Assembly: GCA_964016885.1 (NCBI GenBank)
Contig: OZ024743.1
Location: 152,768,001-152,832,000, forward strand
Direction: 5' to 3'
Length of the DNA: 64,000 nt
DNA from: Eledone cirrhosa
Lineage: Eukaryota
The notes under the pieces were generated by a model. It was not told where the DNA came from, made no database searches, and saw only the letters and a program-made list of their open reading frames with translations. The translations under genes were made by a program, and so were the position numbers. This document shows positions 12,954 through 26,125 of this stretch, in pieces. Every line of letters starts with the position of its first letter. Within the stretch, counting starts at the first letter, position 1.

Positions 12954-13364
12954 ACCTCTATTATCACGGGGTTTTTCTATTAATTAAACGTAAATCAACA
13001 AAGAATCACCCCTCTTTTATAGTAAAATTTGGCTAATTTAGACATTTTATCTATGCCAAAACATCATTAGAATTATGACAACAAAAATTATTAGTTAATG
13101 CCTCTACTTTTTTAACATTTTCCCTTTATTTTTTCTCCACAAATTATATCACTGATTTGAAATCAATCATCATTTTCTTACAAAAAAATAAAGGGAATAT
13201 GTTAAAAAAGTAGAGGCATTAACTAATAATTTTTGTTGTCGTAATTCTAATGATGTTTTGCCATAGATAAAATGTCTAAATTAGCCAAATTTTACTATAA
13301 AAGAGAGGTACTTTTTTTGTTGATTTACATTTAATTAATAGAAAAAGCCTGTGATAATAGAGGT
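12954..13364. repeat. Inverted repeat (arms 12954-13134 / 13183-13364) abutting (TA)n
   Basis: ~180-bp arms with scattered mismatches, ~48-bp spacer. Confidence 0.9.
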
Positions 13365-13724
13365 TCCAATACTCAAGTTATGGGCTTCCAAAATTTTCAC
13401 TATAGGGCGTTTAACCCTCATTAGTGTGTCTAAATATTATTGAAATTTGCTGAAATTTTGAGAATAGGCATCATATCTTGTCATTTACCTATGGTTTAGA
13501 TTTCATATAAATTAAAGGGAAAAGGCTTTCAGCGCAGGTTTGTGCCCCCAGGGAACCCTTTAATTAAAATGAAATATACTTATCCCAGTACTCTGGGCAA
13601 TGTAGTTTTAGAATATAGTTGGTTATGGGGGTCTATCTCCAAAACCTTAGGAGGAGTTCGTGAACAAACAAGCAAACAAACACAGGAACTACAACTTTAT
13701 ATATATTTATATATATATATATAT

Positions 13725-14030
13725 ATTGTTATGATTAAGGGGGACGTGGCCATACTACCAATAAAAACACACACACCTGTTGGTTTTCACTTCAATTTCT
13801 AACAAATTTCCAGTTGGTTGGTTTAATAACCAGATGGTTGCTTATTTATTGTCAAAGCCCTTTCGCCACACATTCTGTAACCTCCTCAGTGACTAATTTG
13901 TTATTTTGTGTCCCTCCTTCATTCTGTCCTACACCATCTTGGTTTTGTGTGATGTTTTTATTGGCAGCATGACCCTCCCAAAGTATAACAATACCTGTTT
14001 CAACACAGTTTTCAGATGAGAAATCTTTAA
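13725..14030 (-). mobile_element. HHR-bearing short element (family also at ~16170-16245 and ~36690-36950)
   Basis: Shared segments across three loci; HHR at 13851-13893; TA/CA tracts on both sides. Confidence 0.65.
13851..13893 (-). ncRNA. Minimal type I hammerhead
   Basis: GUCA-CUGAGGA-G-GUUACA gaaug UGUGGC-GAAA-GGGC-UU-UGAC. Confidence 0.65.
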
Positions 14031-14055
14031 AACACACACACACATATATACATAT

Positions 14056-15831
14056 ATAGAAGGTGTCATACCAAAAGATTGGTGCAGTAGCATCATTGTC
14101 AACTGCTACAAAGGTAAGGGTAATGCACTCGATAGAGGAAACTATAGAGTTATAAAGCTGATGGACCAGGTCATGAAAGTAACAGAAAGAGTTATAGCAC
14201 AGTTGATTAGGGGCCGGGTGAAACTAGATGAGATGCAATTTGGGTTTGTACCAGGAAGAGGCACCACTGATGCCCTCTTCCTTGTGAGGCAGTTACAGGA
14301 AAAGTACCTAGCTAAAAGTAAGCCACTCTACCTGGCATTCGTCGATCTCAAGAAAGCCTTTGACAGAGTTCCACGTGCTGTAATCTGGTGGGCTCTTAGA
14401 AAACTAGGAGTAGATGAATGGCTTGTGAAAGCTGTAAAAGCCATGTATAGGGGAGCAGTCAGCAAAGTTAGGATTAGCAATGAGTATAGCGAGGAATTTA
14501 GCATACAGGTTGGGGTCCACCAGGGCTCTGTTCTTAGCCCTCTCCTGTTCATCATAGTCCTGCAGGCAATAACGGAGGAGTTTAAGACCGGATGCCCATG
14601 GGAACTCCTGTATGCTGATGACCTCGCACTTATAGCTGAATCTATGGTAGAACTAGAGAATAAATTCCAAACTTGGAAGCAGGGACTAGAAAGAAAGGGT
14701 CTCAAAGTCAACATGACAAAGACTAAGGTCCTTGTAAGTAGACGAGAAAACAGAACCCAGATCCCCTCAGGGAAATAGCCTTGCTCAGTATGTAGGAAAG
14801 GTGTAGGTAGGAACTCGATTCTCTGCCCCAAATGCAAACAATGGGTACACAAGAGATGTAGCTGGATCTCAGGAAGCTTAATTAAGAATGTAGGCTTCAC
14901 ATGCAGCAGCTGTACTGGGACAGCAAGCAGCAAACAGCCACAGGAAACAAGTACCACCAATCTCTGGGGGGGCTCTGCTACCTAGGTGACCGAATTAGCA
15001 GTGGAGGTGGGGGTTCAGAAAGTACAATAACTAGGGTAAGAACGGAATGGAAGAAGTTCAGGGAACTACTACCACTGCTAGCTGCAAAAGGCTTATCCCT
15101 CAAAATGAAAGGCAGACTGTATGATGCGTGTATCCGAACAGCAATGTTACATGGTAGTGAGACCTGGGCGCTGAAGGTGGAAAACTTACGTAGATTAGAG
15201 AAAAATGAATCCTGCATGCTCCGATGGATGTGTAATAGTAATATACGTGAACGACAAAGCATAAATGAATTGAGAGAGAGACTGAGCATAAGAGGCGGCT
15301 GCGTTGGTATGGACATGTGATGCGTATGAAGGATGACAGCTGCATAAAAAGGTGCAGAGCACTAGAAGTCGATGGAAACCACGGAGTGGGGAGACCCAAG
15401 ATGACCTGGGATGAGGTGATAAAAGCCGACCTTACCCAATTACATCTCTCAAAGGCGATGACACACGTCCGTGACCTCTGGCGTCACGCAGTAATACAGA
15501 GTACCCGACATCCCATGGGTACAAGCTGAAGCATATAGACAATATGCCCCCACACCCTCCCACTGCAAGGTGGTCGTGGAGGTGGCAAGGCAAAAAAGCA
15601 CCCAGCCCACACTGTAAAGTGGACGTGTAGGCGCCACGAAAAAACACCCAGCACTCACTGTAAATGAGGTTGGTGTTAGGAAGGGCATCCAGCTGTAGAA
15701 ATCAAGCCAAATCAGTTCCTGTATGAGCAAGGCATGGTCAGCCGACCAGACACTGCCCACAACAGGACAACCCGTCTAACCCTTCCTAGCGTGGAAGAAC
15801 GGACATAAGACGGTGATGATGATGATGATGA
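14056..15831 (+). mobile_element. RTE-clade LINE, 5'-truncated, RT pseudogene
   Basis: QFGFVPGRGTTDA, FVDLKKAFD, GVHQGSVLSP, YADD; premature TAG and deletions; 3' UTR ending (GAT)n. Confidence 0.95.
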
Positions 15832-16825
15832 TATATATATATATATATATATATTATATTATATACATATATGTATATATAAAAGGAGAGCGAGAGAAGA
15901 AGAAAGAGTGTATGCAGTATAATTTTTTTTTACTTTATATATGTTAATCAGAAGGGAAACATTTCCAGCCCCTTTGATATTAACAAGTGTGATGTGATTG
16001 ATACCTGGTTTGAACCTCCGAAAGTTAAGGATTGCAGGAAAAAGTATCAAGGGTAACTGGATTGACGAAAATATGGAAAAACCCATACTAAAATATTTTG
16101 AAAAAGGCATATGATATATAAAATAAATCATATTTAAACAAAAAAGAAACATTAGTGATGTAAAAAGTCATGTGTGGTGAAAGTGCTTTGACAATAAATA
16201 AGCAACCCTCTGTTTTTACTAAACCAACTAACTGGAAATTTGTTGGGTGGTTGAAAAATTTGTTTTCAACTACATGGTTTCAAGTTCTGTCCTACTACGG
16301 TGGGTAAGTGTCATCTTCCATTGTCACAGGTTTACCAAAATCCAATTTTGCAGAATATGATAGACAGAAAGTGTACAGAAGCCTGTCATATATGTATGGC
16401 CAAAATGTGGTTACCGAACCAGTCTAAGTTTAGAAGGTGACAACCCATCCAACACATGCAAGCATGGGAAATAGACATTAGACCATGATGACGATAATGA
16501 TGATGATGATGATAGTCATGATATATATATCTGATAATAGTACAGCCACTTTGTGATAGTCAATCATGATTCAGAAGTGGTAATTTTATGAAGAAAAAAT
16601 AAAGTTCTTTACATAATTTTCTCCTTTCTAAAAAAAATTAAGAGTTTGTACTACTACTACTGCTACTACTACTAGTGCTGCTAATGTTGGTACCAGGAAG
16701 AAGAAGAAGAAGAAGAAGAAGAAGAAGAAGAAGATTGAAGCATCTTTAATTGAATGCTGCACTCAAGGAATTAGTTTAAACTCTACCATTTATGATGGGA
16801 ACTATGCTAGTATATATATATATAT

Positions 16826-16906
16826 ATTACCCACTCTACTACCCTAAGTATCGAGTACTCTGGTGTGTTATGGTCCACCTGGTTCCTTACCACACTTCCT
16901 TCATTA
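16826..16906 (+). mobile_element. Solo fragment of the Naiad-like PLE terminal repeat
   Basis: Matches 55597-55677; flanked by (TA)n. Confidence 0.8.
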
Positions 16907-16933
16907 TATATATATATGTGTGTGTGTGTGTAT

Positions 16934-18408
16934 GTAGATGAATGGCTTGTGAAAGCTGTACAAGCCAAGTATAGAGGAGCAGTCAGCAAAGTTAGGGTTA
17001 ACAATGACTATAGTGAGGAATTTAGCATACAGGTTGGTGCCCACCAGGGCTCTGTTCTTAGCCCTCTCCTGTTCATTATAGTTTTGTAGGCAATGACGGA
17101 GGAGTTTAAGACTGGATGCCCATGGGAACTCCTATATGCGGATTATCTAGCACTTATAGCTGAATCTATGGTGGAACTGGAGAATAAATTTCAAACTTGG
17201 AAGCAGGGACTAGAAAGAAAGGGTCTCAAAGTCAACATGACAAAGACTAAGGTCCTAGATGAGAAAACAGAACCCAGATCCCCTCAGGGAAATGGCCTTG
17301 CTCAGTATGTAGGAAAGGTGTAGGTAGGAACTCCATTCTCTGCTCCAAATGCAAACAATGGGTACACAAGAGATGTAGTGGGATCTCAGGAAGCTTAACT
17401 AAGAATGTAGGCTTCACATGTAGCAGCTGTGCTGGGACAGCAAGCAGAAACGGCCACAGGAAACAATCACCACCAAACAGTGGGAGGGCTCTGTAGAAAC
17501 AGTAGACAGCTTCTGCTACCTAGGTAACCGAATTAGCAGCAGAGAAGGGTGTTCAGAAAGTACAATAACTAGGGTAAGAACGGGATGGAAGAAGTTCAGG
17601 GAGCTACTGCCACTGCTAGCTGCAAAAGGCTTTTCCCTCGAAATGAAAGGCAGACTGTATGATGCGTGTATATGAACAACAATGTTACATGGTAGTGATA
17701 CCTGGGTGCTGTCTGTAGATGATTTGTGTACATTAGAAAGAAACGAAGCTTGCATGCTCCGATGGATGTGCAATAGTAATATACATGAACGGCAAGGCAT
17801 AAACTAATTGAGAGATAGACTGAGCATAAGAGGAATCAAATGCTGTGTGCAGGAGAGGTGGTTGCATTGGTTTGGACATGTGGTGCATATGAAGGATGAC
17901 AGCTGCATAAAAAGGTGCAGAGCACTAGAATTCGATGGAAGCCATGGAATGGGGAGACCCAAGAAGACCTGAGATGAGGTGATAAAAGCTGACCTTACCC
18001 AATTGCACCTCTCAAAGGCAATGACACATGTCCATCACCTCTGGCGTCGTGTAGTAATACAGAAGACCCGACATCCCACGGGTACAAGCCGAAGCTGAAG
18101 CATATAGACAATATGCCCCCACCCCCTCCCACTGCACAGTGGTCGTCGAGGAGCCATGGCAAAAAAGCACCCAGCCTACACTGTAAAGTGGACGTGTAGG
18201 CACCACGGGAAAAAAGCACCCAGCACTCACTGTAAATGAGGTTGGTGTTAGGAAGGGCATCCAGCTGTAGAAATCAAGTTAGAATCAGTTCCCGTATAAG
18301 CAAGACAAGGTCAGCTGACTGGACACTGCCCACAACAGGACAACTCATCTAACCCATGCTAGCGTGGAAGAACCGATGTAAAACGTTGATGATGATGATG
18401 ATGATGAT
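16934..18408 (+). mobile_element. RTE LINE, 5'-truncated, degraded
   Basis: Same family as 14056-15831; several stops; (GAT)n tail. Confidence 0.95.
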
Positions 18409-19288
18409 ATATATATATATATATACGCAAATCAGGTTGATCAGTCACTGTATTTTTGAAAATAGCATATATTTTCACTAGCTCTGACAGTTTGGAAGGT
18501 GAACAGTGAGCTCCAGTGTCTGCAGTTCTGTTCACATGCCAACACAAGAGCAAGAATGAAGTGTTTATTCTACTGACACGGCTATAAAATTGAGGCTTGT
18601 TTGCATAATTGCAAACGAATCGAATGTTTTTATTAATATTAAAAAAACTCAGATTACATTTATTGTATTCAGCCATGTAGAGCGAAATTTTTTTTTTTTA
18701 TATATTTATATATATACATATATACAGGGCCGGCACTACCATATAGGCAAACTAAGCAGTCACCTTTTCAGGGAGCGAATTTCTCCAAATCAACAATAAT
18801 TTTGAAAACTAAATAAATTAAGGGTCGTTTTTATCCTGGTTTATTTCATACAAGGAAAATTAACTGTTAAAAATTTTTTTTTTCAATTTCGAAATTGATA
18901 TTTTCCTTGGGGAAATGTAAGTATGCATACATGCACACATGTATATATATACATACACACACATATATACATATACATATGTACATATTGGTTATATCGA
19001 ACATTAATTATAATGTTCGATTTGTTTGAAAACAAATGGCCCAATTTGAAGCTGTGCCATGCCGATGACCTGTTTGTTCAACAGGAACAATCAACATGTA
19101 TTTATGTATGTATACTTACATTTATGTATCAGCTGTGCTAGGGCGAGAAATAAAATTCTAATTTTACTTTTAATATTTGGCAAGGCCAGCTGCAACTCGC
19201 TCGGTATGCAAATGAAACTACTCAGCTGATGTGTACTTAAGAAAAGACTATATATTTTCAACCGTTCAACACATTGGCAGACGGGTAT

Positions 19289-19331
19289 ACAGTCCTGATG
19301 AAGGGTAATGACCCAGAAACATATTGATTGT
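19289..19331 (+). ncRNA. Minimal type I hammerhead
   Basis: ACAGUC-CUGAUGA-A GGGU aaug ACCC A-GAAA-CAUA-UU-GAUUGU; upstream sequence resembles ~32030-32125. Confidence 0.7.
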
Positions 19332-19364
19332 TCCCCAAAGACAGTGTTGTACAAACGGGTGACA

Positions 19365-19870
19365 ATTGGAAAGCCATCATTCAATGGAAAGCCATCACTA
19401 AGTCCAAGCCATACGCAAGGGGCAATTCGTCTTGTGGATTGTGTATTGAAGAAAGGATAAATAATCTAAGGAGTTTACGCAATAGCGATTGCCTAAATTC
19501 AAGAAATGAAATCTTCTCATGTTGTCCACATGTCTGATAACACTTCTTGCATAACTACAAAGCTCCGGATTGATTAACAACATTCTAATTTTCTAGTCAA
19601 CTCGAACATATTTTCTGGACTTTTGCAGTTATCTCCCTTACACCTTTCGCCCGTGGCTTTGTATCGCTTGGGTGAAGTGAGCATTTCTGCACATGTGCAT
19701 TCATACAGTTGTTCTTCCTGTTTCGTTTAATCACGACCAGTCCGAGCTGAAGATCCGCTAAGGTGAAACAATTGTTATCGGTATGGTGAACTAACTGTTG
19801 AGTTACTACTTCTACCAAACTTGTTCCATGGACTGAGTGCTCTACCACTACGGATATTACCTTCCAGTGT
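19365..19870 (+). mobile_element. 3' fragment of a Naiad-like PLE (GIY-YIG C-terminus plus 3' UTR with HHR)
   Basis: WKAITKSKPYARGNSSCGLCIEE..LNSRNEIFSCCPH fits the CxLCxxE..LNxRxE..CxH end, as in 56996-57262. Confidence 0.75.
19742..19781 (+). ncRNA. Minimal type I hammerhead
   Basis: CCGAG-CUGAAGA-UCC gcuaa GGU-GAAA-CAAUUG-UU-AUCGG. Confidence 0.7.
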
Positions 19871-19875
19871 TCTAC

Positions 19876-19940
<65 letters not shown>

Positions 19941-19986
19941 TAGATAGATAAATATACACGGGTGTGTATGATTGTGTATAGAAGAT

Positions 19987-20299
19987 TATATTAATAAGAG
20001 GAATTCCAACTTTGTCTGATTTACTCGTTTTATTTACAATCTTTTAAAATTTATAATGGTATTATAATGAAATAGTATGATAGAATATTAAATTCTAAGT
20101 GTTAATTGAACAAGTACTTTCATGCTTTCGCAATCTTCAGGTTCATAATATGTGGTGACAGTCAAGTTTGCAATTTTCAAATTTCACTTAGAATTTAATA
20201 TTCTATCATACTATTTCATTATAATACCATTATAAATTTTAAAAGATTGTAAATAAAACGAGTAAATCAGACAAAGTTGGAATTCCTCTTATTAATATA
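19987..20299. repeat. Inverted repeat (115-bp arms 19987-20101 / 20185-20299) with an HHR in the spacer
   Basis: Arms appear perfect; right arm runs into (TA)n. Confidence 0.9.
20107..20145 (-). ncRNA. Minimal type I hammerhead
   Basis: UGAAC-CUGAAGA-UUGC GAAA GCAU-GAAA-GUAC-UU-GUUCA. Confidence 0.8.
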
Positions 20300-21080
20300 T
20301 ATATATATATATATGTGTATATATATATATACTAATATATATATACACATATATATATATACACACTGAATGATGAAATGATGATGATGACACACATATA
20401 TATGTAACCTTTAACAATAGAATTTAAGTTATTTTATGGAAATAACTTCTTGTTTTCTTAATCCCTTGAAAAGAAGAGGTTATCTAGTCTGTTATATCTT
20501 TGACTTATTCTCTAATATGTCAAAAGTTATGGAAATGATTATCTTGATAGCCAGCAGTTCTCAACAGAAATCTATAACTCGTTCAACATCATCATCATCA
20601 TCATTGATGGCTTTGCAACGGTAGTTGTTATTATTTTTATCATAGATCTCAACATCTCCATCTCCATTTGATTTTTATGTTTATTTTACCATGCCACATG
20701 GGTCAGCATATCTAATAGAAAATATTCACATATGTAAAAAGAACAACCAATGTGCTCTGTAAGAAATCTATAAACTATGGAAAAAGAAACAAAGAAAGAA
20801 TAAAGGAAAGAGAGATAGAGAGAGAAAGAATGTATTTGTGTGGGCAGAGAGGATGGTGTTTATCACATTTGGCTCCACCATATCAAATCACTTTAGAATG
20901 TCTAAAGTTTTGATGATAATAAAATCATGTGAAGGTTGTACTACTAACAGATGTTATTCACGCTTAGGATTGTTTTGTCAACTTACCATTTGTAAATACT
21001 TCTTTGGCTGAAACTGATTGAGAAAGAACCATTTTGTCTACTTACTATTTCTTTATTTCCATTTTCCACTGGGAGAGAGA

Positions 21081-21123
<43 letters not shown>

Positions 21124-23691
21124 GGTGGTGGTTGGGTAGTAGTGATACTGACCTGGTTTCAGGCTTGTCTGACATTAGAATTAGGATATATTTCTCCATC
21201 ATATCTTTATAAACATTTATGAACTATTCAAATAACTTACTTTTAAAAGTGAAAATAGCAATATTGAATTTCTGAAATCACCCTCTTTGATCATCCATCA
21301 ACAATGCATTTACTGATCCCTGAAGACTATTATGCAACATATGCAACATATTGTTAAAAGTGTTGACCTCATAGCCCTTATAATTGTGTTTTTCTACGTT
21401 TTCACTTTAAATTCCAGTTGGGTTTAATTTTGCTTTTTGCACTCTGAGATTGGTAAAATAAATACTAGTTCAAGTGAATATATTCTATGTATTTGTGGAT
21501 TTGTGTCAATGTAAGAAATAAATTTACAATGGTGTCTAGATGTGTAATAGTAGGTGGTAGATGTCAAATTTGCCAATTAGATGCTTAGTAAAAAAATGTT
21601 GTATCTATTTGTGTACAAGCCACATCTTTTTACACAGAAATATGAAGTGAAAACCAGCATGCCACTTATGTAATGGATCAACAAAACTTCGATTCAAAAT
21701 ATATATTATATTGTAAATGTTTTTGTATGCAAAATGGTGGCTTGACTTATATACATATACCAGTGTGACTTGTACATGAGTATATATTGTTAATTTTCTG
21801 AATAATTAAGAACTATTCAAAAATTCAAATATTTTGTAAGACAAAAAATATTTTCTATTTCATTTTATTGAAAAACAATTTTTTTATAGTTTCAAAAATC
21901 AAAGTGTTTTAAAAGAAAAAAAGGTGCTTTTATTTTTCTTCTCATCCATAACAAATTTTAGGATTAATTTATAGAAAATTCCTGATTACTTTTTAATTCA
22001 AGCAATTTTCAAAAATATTTTCTTCCTACACTTTTTTCCCTTTCAAGTATTTTCTTAGTTTCAATAATTAAAAAGAAATTGATAAAAAGTATTATCATAC
22101 TACTTAGTTCAAAGTACAATAATATTTTAAATATTTTTGCATTTATGGTAATTTTTTAGATATTAATTTATAGAAAACAACATTTAATTCTTGCATTTAA
22201 GAGATGTAATGTAATAAAAAAGAGAAACGTCTCACATCAAAGAGTTGTTCATTTCAAATGATGCAATATCGATACAATATCTATGCATAGAGTTTAGACA
22301 TACATTTTAGATCTGTTGAATAAAACCTCCTTAGTGAAGGTGACATGATAAAAGTATGCAGGTCCATGCTGTAAAGTGGTTAGCAATAGGATGAAAAGCT
22401 AGCTGTAAGAAACTTGCAGCAAAAGTATAGATGGATTCTGCAGCCAGAGCATAGGGGCAACCTGTCTAAGAAAACAGTCACTCTGAATAAAAATGCTGAT
22501 ACGGGTTTGATGGGATACTTTAGTCCTTCTAACGGCAATCTCTCTAGTGTCAGTGGCATAATATAAGGCACTATGAAATGTTTGATGACAGGTCAGGCAT
22601 TCAGGGGGAATATCAATTCCCAAAACAGATCACATACAAAATGATGGCAATTGTTTTCTGTCATTGTATGTGGTAGATGAAGAAAGATTATGCTGCATTA
22701 TGAGATGCTATGAGACATGTTCAACCCATGCTATAATAAAAAAAACATGCATAAAATTAAGACAGTGATTTATATAACAAAGAATGTTAAATTGTATCTG
22801 TAGATATCATATTATTGACTAAAACAAAACTTGCTTATCCAGAAGAAGGGCAGCATAGTCTCTATGAGTGGTTAGAGGAAAAGGCCAGGATCCATATGTT
22901 GCTATAGTAGACAGCAGCTTACCAAAGTGGAGACCCAGTCCAGGTTCAGGCAGTTGTGATAATTCAACCAATGGATTTGTTTAAAAAGTCCAAACAGATG
23001 ATAATCAGAATTAACTAGAGATTTTGAAAAATAATTATTCATTATATTGAAAGTAATAGCAAAATCAATTTATCAATTGCTGCTAAGAATGAACAAGAAA
23101 GCTTGAAAAGATAAAAAAAGTCAAACAAGATTCAAATCTCAATACTATTATAACACAATTGTAAAACATGTTGCATTTGCATTACAGTCCATATACAAAT
23201 TAAAAAGACCGCAATATTATCATTGAAATGTCGATGATAATTATCAATTTATTACAGTTGGAGAAAGTTTAGTGCCAAGAAACGAAAATATGAATCAGAG
23301 CAGGATCATTTAAACATTTCATAGATATATTTTTGTATTTCCTGGGTAATATATGATTTGATAAAAAAATTATATATATGATTTGATAAAAAAATTGAGG
23401 GTTTAAGTGAGACCTATAGATTATCAGATATGAGTATTAGACTTAATTCATGCTCCATTCTAACACCATCACCCGACCCCTTATGTAGCATTAATGAAGT
23501 CTATTCTGTTGTAAGAATATGGGCCAGATCAGGTTGCCAATTTTAGTATACATTTCTCCTTCCCTTTTATCAGTCCCACAGACTCTAAGGAATGTGGCCA
23601 TTGCTCTTCCCTCTCTGACTAATCAGTAAAAACCTGTCTTATTTCATGAGATATGGATAAAAGGAATTGCGTCTATGGAATAAATGAAATA

Positions 23692-26125
23692 TTGGGTTGA
23701 GTCGTACATAATTTTCGTGTTTTTAAAGCAAGTTGTAACTATTCATTTCAAACTTCCAATGTTTTAAACTCAACTAGAAATTACCTGATTAAAGAGAGTC
23801 TTCATTGGTCATTTCATTAGTGAAAAAGTGTGCATAATAATTTAATCTAAGATTTCATGCCCCTAAAATAGAGGAACTTAAAGTGCATATTTGACACATA
23901 ATGTGAGAGTTTAAGAATGAGAAAAATGCTACAGAAACAACTAAGAAAATTACTGACTGCCAAGTTCAAAACTGGATTTCAAAGTTTAGTTCTGGTAATA
24001 TACCATTGAGAGATAAACCCAGACAAGGATGCACACAGACCTAGATCAAGATGCTTTAAGAGAATTGGTGGAATGCATTCCATGTAAAAGTACTGAAGAA
24101 TTAGCACTTGACCTCACACATTCCAATACACAATCTGCCACCACTTGAAAAAGATAGGAAAATTGAGCAAGCTGGGCATTTGTGTTTCTCATACTTTTAG
24201 TGAGAAGAATAAGCAAGATCGCATATCCATAGTGACAAGTCTTCTTTCAAGGCAGAGAAATGACCCGTTTCTCAAGAGTATCCTTACAAGGGATGAAAAT
24301 TGGGTCTTTTATGACAATATTCAATGCAAAAAGCAGTGGATTAATAAGGATAAATATCCACAGCCTACCTCAAAGGCAGAAAAATTATGCTGTGTGTATG
24401 GTGGGCTAACTGCAGTATTATTCATTTTGAGTTTTTAAACAGCAATCAAACACTCAATGCAGACTTATTCTCTCAACATCTACAATGTGTACATGGAAAT
24501 CATAATCATCATCATCATCATCATCATTTTACATCTGCTTTTCCCTGCTTGCAAGGGTGGGACAGGTCCTATTCAGCACAGCATCTCTCCACTTGTCACG
24601 GTCCTTCGTTATCTCCTCCGTGAGCTTCAGCAATCTGAGGTTTGCTCTCACCACCTCCGCCCATGTTTTTGTAGTCTTCCTCTACTGCGTCTTCCTTCTA
24701 TTGGCATTTCGTGGCACTTCTTTACCCAGCGGTCATCCTCCATGCGCATCACATGTTCATATCATCGCAGTCTTCTCTCCCCCACACTACAACTTATCCC
24801 TCTTAAACACAGTTTCTCTCTCAACTCATCCATGCTCAATCGTTCAAGTACATTGACATTACACATCCAACGGAGCATGCTTGCTTCATTTCTCTCCAGG
24901 CATCGCATAGCCTCTGCAGTTGCTGCCCATGTCTCACTATTATGCAGCATTGTGCACCTCACACAGCCATCATATAACCGGCCTTTCATACACAGGGAGA
25001 AACCCTTCTTTGTCAGCAGAGGAAGCAGCTCCCTAAACTTCTTCCAACCTGTCCTTATTCTAGATACTATAGCATCGGAACCCCCCCCCCCTCCTCATGC
25101 TAATCTTATCACCTAGGTAGCGGAAGCTATCAACCACTTCTATAGAACCTACCCGCATTTGAAAAATCTGTCTATCAATGTGATTTCTACTGTCAAATTT
25201 CCCTGTACATCTACTGCATACGTATTTTTCCCTACCTGTTACTTTGCCTATATCCCACTACATCTCTTGTGTATCCAAGATCAGCATATCGAACATAGCC
25301 ATTTCCCTGACGGAATCAGAGTTTTGTCCTCTTTTCTACTTATCAACACTTTTGTCTTAGCTAGGTTCACTCTCAGTCCTCTTAATTCCAACTGCTGTTT
25401 CCATAGCCAGAATTTATTCTCTACTGATTTTGCTATAAGAACCAGATCGTCAGCATAGAGAAGTTCCCACGAGCAGCCAGTCTTAAACTCCTCTGTTATG
25501 GCTTGAAGGACAAGAGGACTGAACTCTGATGTACTCCTACTTGTATCTGTAATTCCTCACTAAACTCCATTCCTACCTTCACTTTACTGATAGCACCTCT
25601 GTACAAAGCTTGCACTGTCCTCACAAGCCATTCCTTAACACCTAGTTTCCTTAGGGACCACCAGATGACAGATCGGGGTACCCTATCAAAAGCTTTCTCT
25701 AGGTCAACAAAGGCTAAGTATAGTGGCTTATTCTTCTCTAAGAACCTCTCTAAGAAAATGCTCTGCACTTGCCAACAGGAGAGATGTTGCAAAGTCACTT
25801 TCAGCAAGAATCATGCAGGAAAAAATATTTGATTTAGGCTGGTCTGTTCTATCTCATCCATCATATTCATTAGATCTTGATCTAAGTGATTTCCATCTCT
25901 TTTGTTCTCTACAAAATGCTCTGAGAGGCAAAACATTTTCTCAAGAAGATCAGATGAAAACGTTTGTGGAAAACTTCTTGAGCTTGAAATCAGCTGAATT
26001 TTACTTGAGAGAAATCAAAAAGCTAGAAATGGCAAGAGAATATTGAAAATAATGGCGAATTGATTGAAATTAATTCATTGTTAAATTATTCATGAATAAA
26101 TTATTTTATCTATGACTCAACCCAA
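23692..26125 (+). mobile_element. Mariner DNA transposon, transposase pseudogene, interrupted by RTE
   Basis: TIRs ttgggttgagtcgtacataa / ttatctatgactcaacccaa with TA on both sides; ILTRDENWVFYDN and HPSYSLDLDLSDFHLF remnants. Confidence 0.9.
24500..25745 (-). mobile_element. RTE LINE fragment nested in mariner
   Basis: LAFVDLEKAFD, GVHQ, YADD and KGRLYD on minus strand; (CAT)n tail at 24500. Confidence 0.9.

Noticed and set aside
18724-18900. cagggccggc start resembling a DNA-transposon TIR
   Set aside because: No matching right end or TSD found
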